NCBI GenBank assembly: GCA_012295275.1
Contig: CM022678.1
Span: 17,856,001 to 17,920,000, forward strand
Direction of reading: 5' to 3'
Length of the DNA stretch: 64,000 nt
Source: Chrysomallon squamiferum
Lineage: Eukaryota > Animalia > Mollusca
Below are positions 40,783 through 52,349 of this stretch, piece by piece. Positions within the stretch are counted from its first letter, which is position 1. Every line of letters starts with the position of its first letter. The notes beneath the pieces are model-generated. The model did no database searches and was not told the origin of the DNA. It saw only the letters and a list, made by a program, of their open reading frames with translations. Both the position numbers and the translations under genes were made by a program.

Positions 40783-42000
40783 ATATAGATTTATCTCCCT
40801 TTAACATGAAAACGAATAACCTCTCGGATAGAGTTATGTCCCCTTTGGAACATTTTTCTCCTTGATTATTCAGGTTAAAATGAACATATTCCTGTATAGA
40901 TTTATCTCCCTTTAACATGAAAACGAATAGCCTCTTGGATAGAGTTATCTCCCCTTTGTTACATTTTGTTCTTGATTATTCAGGTTACAATGAACATATT
41001 CCTATATAGAGTTAGATCCCCTTTGTTACATTTTTCCCCATGATTATTCAGGTTAAAACGAACATATTCCTGTATAGATTTATCTCCCTTTAACATGAAA
41101 ACGAATAACCTCTCGGATAGAGTTATGTATCCTTTGGTACATTTTTCCCCATGATTATTCAGGTTAAAACGAACATATTCTTGTATAGATTTATCTCCCT
41201 ATAACATGAAAACGAATAACCTCTCGGATAGAGTTACCTCCCCTGGTAACTAATATTAAGACATTTTTTATTCAGTATAGAAGATTGTAACAGCAGAACA
41301 ATAAAAAAAAAAAAAATAGTTTAAAAAATAGAAACGCATGGTCTAGTACACCACCCTCACAGCTTGTGAAGGTACTGAACCAAGTTCAAACTTTAATGTT
41401 TCTTGTAAGCATGTTCACATGTGTGAGATCGTGGGATTGAATCTCGGCGTTTTTGGAGATCGCTTTCCGATTCCAGATTCATCTACGAAATATTGTGGAA
41501 ACATCACTTTCTTTATATATAACATGGGTCATACCCCGTGATGCGTCACCAGAGGTGGGAGGAGTTTACTCGGCGAAGTAAAGGCTATACTGATTACAGT
41601 TTAGTGATATGTGCTCTCAAACATAGATTAGAGTTATGTCCCTTATGTGAGATGTATTCACTAAGCAAAGTGGAAATTATATCGATTAGAGTTATCTCCC
41701 TTACGTGAGATGTACTCACTAAATAAAGTAAAAATTATATCGATTAGAGTCTTGAAAAAACTGAAATAAAAAAGAATAATGATGTAGTTTCTAATTTAGA
41801 TTTATGTTTCATTTAATTCATTTAGTTAAGTGCTAAAGATATGCTATTTAATTATTCAGCGAAGTTAAGAAAAATAATTATAATAAAAACATTATTCACA
41901 TAATAGAAGATTGTAACAGCAGAACAATAAAAAAATTATATCGATGAGAGTTATCTCCCTTTAGTGATATGTGCTCGCAACTTTAGCCTTACGTGAGATG
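40783..42000. repeat. Compound tandem repeat built on an aga(g/t)ttatctccctt core (~55-60/110-115 bp periodicity)
   Basis: tatagatttatctccctttaacatgaaaacgaata and gattattcaggttaaaa.gaacatattcc recur at 40783-41245. The core recurs at 41628-41990. Confidence 0.85.
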
Positions 42001-42062
42001 TACTCACTAAGCTTATGTACGCTAATTATCCATATGGGATAAATGGAATCTCGAAAAATGCC

Positions 42063-42273
42063 GGGGACTAGGGCAGGGGGCGGATAGATAAAAATAGGTG
42101 AGAACACTTTCCCCTGGCAGACAGCCCGTTATATCTATTAGCTTCCCTTTAGGGTAGGGTTCACAAACATAGAGGGCATGTGTTCAACTCACCTTTTCTG
42201 TCCGGGACCCTAAGCTCACCCGTTAGAGTTATCACCCGTTTTTATCCTATCCACCCCCCTGCCCTAGTCACCC
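42063..42273. mobile_element. MITE-like element with ~45-bp imperfect TIRs
   Basis: ggggactagggcagggggcggatagataaaaataggtgagaac versus gttatcacccgtttttatcctatccacccccctgccctagtcaccc (reverse complements). No clear TSD. Confidence 0.75.
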
Positions 42274-42893
42274 ACACACCGACTGTCTGTCCTGCATATG
42301 GGTGGAGCCTACTGATAAATACAGGCTGAAGTTTGTACAAGCACTAGGGGCTTTTAAGATTAAACTGATAATTAAAAAAAGTAATACTGTTTTTGTTTAC
42401 TGACTGAAAATATAGAAACTTATCTAGTGATCATATATTGCAATTACTGATAGTGACTTCAGGATTTATCTGATCTATCTATCTGTGCATCCACATACAT
42501 ACACATGCTCGCATGCACTTATACACTGTTTGATAGAGGTAAGCTTCTGAAAATCGACTGAATATTGACGAGTATAAATAAAATATATATGAATCCATGA
42601 TGTGTGTTTACATTGGTGTGTGTTGGTGCACACATTTGCATACAACAAACACATAAATTAAGCTATGCATTTGTTTATTTTTTATTTGTTTTTCATCCAT
42701 TTTCTAATCCAGTGCCTCCTGAAAGCATTATTAGAGATTTTAAAAATTATTTTTGTAATATCATTTTAAATAATTACATATATTTATCTTGTCAATCAAT
42801 TGATATTTGTTAAACAGTTTACTCAAATACTTTGAGGTGTAAATAATGTTTATCAATATTCTGCCTTATAACATGATTAGTATAACATTAATT

Positions 42894-43788
42894 CAGTGAT
42901 TCTCAACCAGTGTGCCGCGGCGCACAGGTGTGCCACGAGATCTTCCTATGTGTGCCGCAAAATTTTGAACGACACACTAAGAAAATGCGAAAAACAAACA
43001 GTAGAATGCAAGGTAAAAACGAAAATATTCTCACTTCAACAGACAAATTAGTTGCCCTCAAAAAAAAAATAGTGATTTGGGGAAAAAAAGAGCAATCACT
43101 GTCAACCTTTATATGTTCCCTTTATTGCGTTCTACCTGCATTAGAGAAGTGATCCCTATTGTGTTTACTCATCTGACAGCCCTGGACGAAAGCATCAACA
43201 ATAAATTTCCGTCATTAAAGACAGAAAAGTATGATTGGATTAGAGATCCTTTCATAAATCATTCTTCCAACATTGAACTTGAGTTACAGGAAGAAGAAGA
43301 ATTGGCCGCCCTTTCTAATGACCTTAAAATTAAAACATTCGACTCTGCCCATTCATTCATTTTGGATTTCAATACAAGAGGTATATCCCATATTATGTAA
43401 AAGAGTTTTAGCAATTTTATTACAATTTTCAACTTCTTATATATGTGAATTAGGCAACATCAAAAACATGAAGCACGAGATATTACTACAACGAAAGCAG
43501 AAATGTCTGTCTCATATTCGACCAAACACTGAGGAAATTATGAAAAAAAGCCAGGCACAAATTTCTCACTAAAGAAGCCAGCTATTTGACTGATAACATT
43601 CGAAACAGTGCAATAAAGTATAGCTGTGTTTTTCTTTAGTTTGAGTTATTCTATGTGTCTATGACTAGTCTGTGTGTACGGTTGTATGCCGTCTATGACT
43701 TGCCATGTTTTTATTTTGCAAAATTCAAATATTTTTCATATGTATTTAGCCAGGTGTGCCGTTGGCAAAAAATGATTGAGAACCACTG
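42894..43788 (+). mobile_element. hAT (Buster/Charlie, ZBED5/FAM200-like) internally deleted transposon
   Basis: TIRs CAGTGATTCTCAA...TTGAGAACCACTG. Perfect 8-bp TSD CATTAATT (42886-42893, 43789-43796) with the Buster nnnTAnnn pattern. Frameshifted C-terminal transposase: MQGKNENIL, WIRDPF, FWISIQEVYPIL, FSTSYICE, QAQISH. Confidence 0.95.
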
Positions 43789-43945
43789 CATTAATTCATA
43801 GATAATTTTGCATATCTAATCAATAACCTGTCTTAAAGATATTTAAGAATATTTAATATTCAAGCGCAATTAAAGAATATTTAATTCATTTTTAATATAT
43901 TTATTTTAATATTAATTTATTTATTCTTTAATTTCACGCTTATAG

Positions 43946-44095
43946 TTGATGGTGCCTGGTCTTCATGGACACTTCAGAGACTGGGTAGTTGTAGTGAAAC
44001 GTGGTAGAACATTAGAATAAGATTTGAGATACGAACATGCACAGATACGAAGAGGAATCTTCAAGAAGCATGTGAAACAAATGTCTTATGTCCAG
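43946..44095 (+). pseudogene. Isolated thrombospondin type-1 repeat exon with an in-frame stop
   Basis: ttatag|...|gtaac, 150 nt, phase 1-1: VDGAWSSWTLQRLGSCSETW*NIRIRFEIRTCTDTKRNLQEACETNVLCP. Confidence 0.8.
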
Positions 44096-44339
44096 GTAAC
44101 AAGCAATAATTATACTTCTCTGCCTACAAAAGTGAAAAATGACTCAAATAATATTAAGGATTTCTCTTTAAAAACAAGAAAAAAACAACAACATAAAAAA
44201 CAAAAACATTCAGTTGTTAATGATTTAGTGGAACTTTATGGCTAATGAATTACATTAGGTATATTGATAACCACAACAATAAATCATTAAACAGCACATT
44301 TCTAAAGTTATAAAGCATGTTTTATATTCCATTTATATA

Positions 44340-45115
44340 TCAGTAGTATGGTTGAAATAACAGTGACAGATTAGTAGTAATATCAGAAGTATGGCTGAAA
44401 TATTAGTAATATTAATGACAGATTAGTAGTAATAGCAGTAGTATGGCTGAAATATTAGCAATATTAATGACAGATTAGTAGTAATATCAGGCAGTATGGT
44501 TGAAATAACAGTGGCAGATTAGTAGTAATATCAGTAATATATCTGAAGTAGCAGTGACATATAAGTAGTAATATCAGTAATATATCTGAAGTAGCAGTGA
44601 CATATTAATAGTAATATCAGTAATAACTCTGAAGCAGCAGTCACAGATTAGTGGTAATATTAGTAGTATGGCTGATGTAACAGTGACAGATTAGTAATAA
44701 TAGCGTAGTATTGCTGAAATAACTGATAGATTAGTAATAATAGCAGTGGTATTGCTGAAGTAAAAGTGATTAGTAGTAATATCAGTAGTATCGCTGAAGT
44801 AAAGTGATAGATTACTAGTAATACAGTAGTATCGCTGAAGTAACAGTGACAGATTACTAGTAATACAGTAGTATCGCTGAAGTAACAGTGATAGATTAGT
44901 AGCAATAGCAGTAGTATCGCTGAAGTAACAGTGGCAGATTACTAGTAATACAGTAGTATCGCTGAAGTAACAGTGACAGATTACTAGTAATATCAGTAGT
45001 ATCGCTGAAGTAACAGTGATAGATTAGTAGTAATACAGTAGTATCGCTGAAGTAACAGTGATAGATTACTAGTAATAGCAGTAGTATTGCTGAAGTAACA
45101 GTGGCAGATTAGCAG
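44340..45115. repeat. ~41-42 bp minisatellite
   Basis: gctgaagtaacagtgacagattactagtaatacagtagtatc repeated; more degenerate toward the 5' side. Confidence 0.95.
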
Positions 45116-45129
45116 TTTTGAGAGATTTA

Positions 45130-46465
45130 TAGATATAAAAAAAGGATACTATGTAAACAGTTTTTCAAATGTTTTAAATATATTTATAAATGCATTGTTC
45201 TAGAAGTGTATTTCTGTACAATCCCGAATGCTTCTGTATCCAACCGGACAAAGCACTCTCTTATACAGATTAAATAAATTCTAATGAAATTAGAAAATGA
45301 TTATTTTTTTTAAAATAAAATAAAATTCCAAAGCTAACGCGATTTCTACTTCTAAATATATGCATAATACATAAAAACAATCACATATATAAATGATGAT
45401 GTTTGTGTGTCTGTGTGCGAGTGTGTGTGTGTGTGTGCGCGTGTGTGTATGTGTCGTTTTTATTATTTGATTGTTTTTATTTATTTATTTTTTATTTTAT
45501 TTTATTTTATTTTAAATCTACCGAATTAAAATCACAACAGAAAAACTGCTTGATCCACATCCTGATAAAGGTGAGACAAGAATCATAATTGAATTTTATT
45601 TCATTTGAAATGGTCTCAAATTTTGAAATTCTTTCAGTGTTTCTTGAAAAATGGAGAAATAAACAAACAGGAATAAAAAGAAGCCCATAAACATAAATCA
45701 CAATAGTGACATATATGATGTATGGCTCGTACCTAGGATGCCACCAAACGATTTTTGTTCTGATAAAATTATTTAAAAGATGTTTGTATAGGTGTGAACT
45801 GTCAGTGTTTGACATAGGCATGGTTTATTTTAGATACGTCTTTGAATGCAAAAGAATCAATTAATAAATTTTAGCTTTTTAAAATACGTAAGTGAGTTTT
45901 CAGCAGTGTATCTTAGATACTTCTGTCTTATTAGTTCATATTTGTCTTTTAGAACGAATTCATCCAAGAAAACGAAAACGAAAGGTAAATTAAAAACGAC
46001 GTTAAAATAATCTTTTAAATTGTTTTAAATCTCGTAAAAATAAGTTCAGAATATGTTTTAAATTTTGTTGTAAAAGAAAGTAATAGTAAATGATAATTGA
46101 TATGAAAGACGTATAAAGATAATAAAATGATGACAATTCGATTTAAACAGTGAAATAATATTTACATTATGAAAGATTAAAATGTAATTTGATATTCAGG
46201 CTTGCTACAACGACATATTGTTTTCATCTACATCCAGTGGTTATGAATTATAAAGGTTTTATTTATTTATTTATTTATTTTTAAACTTTTCTACCTAGTG
46301 ATACTACACTTGAAACGTTTTAATATGTTCTTTTCTTTGTTTGTGCACGATGTATACAGCTGTCAGATTAGCTTTTTGTTCTTTTGAGGGTTTTTTTATT
46401 TTTATTTATTTTTTTGGTCAATTTGTATATATTTTAATAAAAATGAAAATTTTAAACGTTTATCA
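45130..46465 (-). pseudogene. Duplicate of 8358-10045 carrying the same P4H-like degenerate exons
   Basis: Collinear near-identity with the first copy, including KIVWWHPR|gtacga and the RQKY segment. Confidence 0.6.
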
Positions 46466-46950
46466 TACTAATAACACTAAAAAAATCACTCATATGAATT
46501 ATTAAAAACATTCATGTTAATGAACAATAGGAGCAGAATGTTCATGATAGTAATAATGAATTCTTTGGTTTAAAAGTTCAATATACAGCTTTAAAAATTA
46601 CATAATTTTATAATAATGTTTAATTTACAGACACACACACAGACACACACAACCACACACACGCACATCAAAATAATTCTACATTAAATGACTCTTCTAA
46701 ATAGCAAATGTCTTTTGTTTCAGTTTCAAAATAATTCTCCACTAAATGCCACTTTTAGTGATACCAGCATGTCTTACTTAGTTTAGTCATCCACCACAAC
46801 TAAAGCTTATTTGCCAATAATTAATGTGTTGAAATAGAAAACAATGTGTTTCTTTACTAATTAAAGAAGTACAAGACATTAACTGATAAGTCTTTGGAAA
46901 TCAAACAAAAATAATGATACCAAAGAAGGCCTATAGATAGCATCAATACA

Positions 46951-46986
<36 letters not shown>

Positions 46987-47152
46987 TATATATATTGAAA
47001 ACAAATAGAAATAAATAAAAATAAAAATAAAGATTATATTACACAGATGCAGACACAAACAAACGGTCTGAAGAAATTTTTGTGACATTATTTGAACCAG
47101 GCACTTCCTACTCTTGAACAATGGGACAACTGAGATATCAGGATGGAAAGGG

Positions 47153-47191
<39 letters not shown>

Positions 47192-47258
47192 CAACAACAA
47201 AATAATATTTATAACAACTTGTAGTAGATCTTTGTGAATTAATATAAATGAAACCAAC

Positions 47259-47558
47259 CTTGGTTATCAAGGGTTGCTAGATGGCACATGATAATCACCA
47301 TTAGTAACTGAACAAACCAAACTTTTCCCATTATCTTCTGTATTAAATTTTTTCATTTAAACTGCTCCTTGTTACAACTCCAGAGTCAGCAATTGTCTCA
47401 GTGGAGCTGGTAATGCCATCTGTTATCTTTGTATCATCTAAAATCCATGTGATTACAGCTTCTGGACGGCAAGGGTTGGTTGAACAGTTCATTTGTGTAA
47501 GAATTCCTTGCTTTACTGGACTTGATCCACTTGTTATAGACACTTTTTTCCAAAGGAA
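47259..47558 (-). pseudogene. Ig C2-set (nephrin/CD80-like) exon with frameshifts
   Basis: ttttcaag|...|gttggt, 300 nt: VPLEK/VSITSGSSPVKQGILTQMNCSTNPCRPEAVITWILDDTKIT...TRSSL/FNTEDNGKSLVCSVTN/LATLDNQ. About three frameshifts, two of them in A runs. Confidence 0.8.
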
Positions 47559-48979
47559 CTTGAAAATGTAAAAACCCGATAAATACAGAAATCCTGTGAA
47601 TTAATAATTAATAATTTTTACCATTATAAAACCTTTTCTTCCAAATGGAAGAAAACAAGGATTTTAAATATTTTTTTTATTTTTATATTATTTTTTTTAA
47701 AATTTATTAGATTATTTGATTATATGTATTAGTGATATGGAAAGCATTGTAACCTTAATATTAGTAATATGTACAACAAAACAACAGATGATGAAGTGGC
47801 ACATGGATAAAATATTTATTTTCAGATTTTTAGTTTCACAAAATATTTAGGCAGGGTTTATTTGTCTAAGATTTCATTTACTGTGCGAAAATCTTTCACC
47901 ATTATCTGTTGATATCCATTAACAAAGAAAATTCAAAATCTACATAGTGGTTCAAAACCTTTAACGTTATAGAAAACAGAAGATATATATTTATAATGCA
48001 CTGTCCTTGAAGGGCTGTTGAAGAATAGTGTGGATGTCTTAAAATACTGTTCAAATCTGGATTTTTACAAAACAAGTTGCTTGTACAACTAATCTAGTAT
48101 GTGACCAGGCATCCTGTGACTACCTAATTAAAGTTACTGAAAAAAATATAGAGAAGAAACTGATGGATGACATCGACACAAGCAATGAAAGTACATTTCA
48201 AATTTTAACAGAAAATTCCTATTCATGTTTATATCTTGTTTGCAAATGAAAACCAAATAAAACTGCAATCGCTGTCTATTTTTTAAGTAAAAAAAAAAGT
48301 TAAAAGAAAATAATAATTGCTGTTGCAAGAGAAACTTTAAAAAAGGAAGCTCGAGCTTACTTATGACGAGTAAGGTTATGATCATTTGACCTCCAATGCT
48401 AAAAATAATCACACATTTGGATTCCTTAGATAATTAGATAACTACCATTCCTGCAACTCTAACACACTGCTGGTTACTGAGATATTTCAGTCTAAAGACT
48501 GGTGGTTATGCCCATTTTGACCACAAATATCAAATTTGCATAACTGGTTAAAATGATTCAGAATAATATAGATAACAAATGAAGTAATGTTAAAACAACT
48601 ATATCTGTGGCAACATTTTTGCTGACTGACTGCTTTAATCTGATATTTATTTTTCAAAAATGTTTTTAGTTGTATATGTAATATTATATATCAAGAGCTC
48701 TTTTCCGAAATCGTAGAATTCCATTTTTGTTGTTCTGAGAATTATTCTTGAGCAGACGTTTTTAGAATCAGTAGGAACTTGTCAAGCAATTAAATTTGAA
48801 TCCACCAACAATATTGTTGATTACAGAACCATTTTGTTTCCAACAAAAATATGATGCAGATCTCCTACAATGTCAAAATGTTAGAAACAACAAAAAAGAA
48901 AAAAGTTTGATTGAGTCTGTCCTCCTGAGTGTCCAACCTCAAAAATAGTCACCCAAATTCTGCTTTATAACACAGCCTG

Positions 48980-49490
48980 ATTGAAATGAAAGAACATCAT
49001 GAAAAAGCTGAAGAAGAACATAAAAGAGAGGAAAATCCTGTTTATCTCAAAGGGCTCAGTGAAGTGTTTGGACATTGAAAAAGCAATCAAGATTTTTGAG
49101 TCCCAAGATATGAATTTCAAATGAAGCACGTGCTTGCTATCATGAAATTTACAATGAAAAGAAAAAAATTGTCTTGGAAGATAGGAACTCTTCAACCATT
49201 CATTTTTTCATAACAAATGAGACCTCATATTTCAAGTGAACCATGTGGGAATGTGAATGAAACCTCGATTAATGAACCCACTATGAGGACATACAATTAT
49301 TTCTTAATCTATTTGTCTAAATTGGATTTGTAAATGATTTACTGTTTGTTTAATATCAATCATCTATTAAATCGTTTTTGTCTAAACTGGATTTGTAAGT
49401 GATTTACTGTTTGTTTAATATTTATCATCCATTAAATCGTTTATGTCTAAATTGCTGTTTTATTTCTCCTTATTTAACTTTTAATTTTTT
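48980..49490 (+). repeat. Inverted copy of 50930-51370 (Tigger 3' portion)
   Basis: Reverse-complement near-identity; ORFs 48965-49195(-) and 51260-51502(+) share FSMSKHFTEPFEIN.IFLSFMFFFSFFMMFFHFN. This copy has an extra ~63-bp internal duplication. Confidence 0.95.
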
Positions 49491-50544
49491 TTTGTAAAAG
49501 ATAACATCGAAAGTACGGGTGAAGAAACTCTATCTTGCTGATGTGACGAAATTTCGAGAAAAAGAAACGAGCCTTTAAGAGAATGGTATTGTTCAAAAAA
49601 CTGCTTGCATTATCGCTACTTTCGCCTATATTTTTAAATTTCACCCATAATTCTAACACTATGTAGAACCTGTTTGGTATACACATATATGTTGTATGTA
49701 CCCTGTTGCCTGTTTGAAACCGAAACTGGTGGAATAAAATTATTTTTCGAGGACCATTATTTGCTATTTGCTATGGTACCGTTCTCTATGATTGTGACTT
49801 ATTGCTCTGAACTAGTGTAACTCCTTGTTACCTAAACGAATTTTTTATTCTTTTTTTCAAGACAGTGTCACAGGGATTCTATCAGTATACGGAATTGGGT
49901 TTGCTCTAGAAATAATCACAAATAAAATGTAATATATTTAACTGTTTAATTAGCACGTATATGTTTCTTAGAAACAACACAATGCAACACATTTCTGAAT
50001 CTGCATTTGGGCCATCGCTGACAAATTACTATGGCAATAACAGTGATAAACAATATTTGGTGTTTGTAACTAATAAACATGATTGTATTTATTAATTTCA
50101 ATAACTCTGAATTCACATTCTAAAAGCAAATAACCAAGATTAGTTTTTATGCTGCTTGCAGTCAGATGACGAATATCGAACTGAACTTCAAGCTGGCTAG
50201 TGAAGAGTGATGCTAACCTATTAATCTCATTAATTATATAAAAATATATTTTCCGACTTCGGTTCAATAGCCAAATTTATACCTCTCAATAGAGTTATTT
50301 CCCAGTGAATACAGTCCAAAACGAAAATCATTTGCAGGCTGGAGTGTTTTTTCATTCGAATGCAGATTGCAGAGGTCTGAATTTTTGGGATTAATTCTCT
50401 ATGTGGATTGGTGGTTCCTTATTAAAGATTTTATATTTTATTGACAATTTCATTTTTGATTCAAGTTACTGTGACGAAGCTTTCACATTTCCTGTGATTA
50501 AATACAAAGACTGAGATTGAAAAAGTACATAAAATTAGTGTGCC

Positions 50545-50633
50545 ATGTCGGATGTTGGGAAACTGTGTCTGATACTTATATTATTCTTCAGCCAGTTCGA
50601 AAATATTTCAGGTATTGTTAAAAATAGGATGAC

Positions 50634-50675
<42 letters not shown>

Positions 50676-52310
50676 TATATTAGCAGATTTACTGTGGGTT
50701 TTGTTCAACAATAATACATCATACAGTGTACACACGTACAATTTACGGTACAACTACAACTTGTAGTACAAGTGTAGATTAATATTATATTATAATTTAT
50801 ATTATTACATTTAAAACCTAATTAATGTATAAATTTACTGTCTGTTTATATTTTTAATAACTTGTAGACCGTCTTCTTACATAGAATTAAGGTTGTTACA
50901 TTCTCGCTGATGAGATTTGACATTAAAAAAAAGAGTTAAAATAAGGATAAATAAAACACCAATTTAGACAAACGATTTAATAGAAGATAAATATTAAACA
51001 AACAGTAAATCATTTACAAATACAATTTAGACAAATAGATTAAGAAATAATTGTATGTCCTCATAGTGGGTTCATTAATCGAGGTTTCATTCACACGCCC
51101 ACATGGTTCACTTGAAATATGAGGTCTCATTTGCTTTATGAAAAAATGAATGGTTGAAGAGTTCCTATCTTCCAAGACAATTTTTTTCTTTTCATTGTAA
51201 ATTTCATGATAGCAAGCACGTGCTTCATTTGAAATTCATATCTTGGGATCTCAAAAATCTTGATTACTTTTTCAATGTCCAAACACTTCACTGAGCCCTT
51301 TGAGATAAACATGATTTTCCTCTCTTTTATGTTCTTCTTCAGCTTTTTCATGATGTTCTTTCATTTCAATGAGATCTTCATTTGTGAGCTCTTGGTCCTG
51401 AGCTTGAAACAGATCATTTATGTCATTAGTAGAAACATCAGGCTGCAATTTATTAGTGATACTAATTGTCATTTCCATTTCATTTTGACCAGTATCTACT
51501 GACTCTTGAAATCCCTCAACATTCTAAGTAAACTGAGGGCACAGTTTGTGCCAAACTCCTTTCATATTTTTCTCTGGATCTTTGTTCCATGCTCGTTTTA
51601 TTATTTTTACTGCATCTAGAACATTGAATGATTTCCAGAATCTTTTTGTGTGGGCCCTCCCTTTTTTATCAATAGCAGTTGTTAAGGTATCAAATGTTTG
51701 CGAAAGATAATAGGCTTTAAATGCTGCTATGATGCCTTGGATTATTGGTTGGAAAGGTGCTGTTGTATTTGGTGGAATAAATACTCATCTAACATTAGGA
51801 TGCTGATGTTGTAGGAATGATGGATGACCAGGAGCGTTATTTTCAAGCAGTAGCATGTGGAATGAAAGATATTTGTCTTTACAATACTTTTTAACATCCG
51901 GTACAAAGTGATGCATAAACCAGTCTTCAAATAGTGAAGCAGTAACCCAAGCATTTTCATTTGCTTTCCATATGACTGGAAGTGTAACCTGACCAGGCCT
52001 TGGAGTTTTGGGGTTTTGGGCAGGATGCACAAGCAAGGGTTTTAACTTACAGTCTCCAGCTGAATTACCTCCTATCTTTAGCTATATTAAAACCAGGCAT
52101 TGATGACACTTCTTTTGCAATGTAGCTTCTTGCAGGCATATGGTTCCAAAGTAGTTCAGTCTCATCCACATTAAAAATGTGTGCTGGTGTGTAATTATGC
52201 TCTTCTGTGATTTCTTCTAAAAAAATCTGGGAACAATTTTGCTACTTCAATATCAGCATTTGCAGCATCTCCTTGTATTTTTACAATATCATTATGCCAA
52301 TCAGATTGTG

Positions 52311-52349
<39 letters not shown>

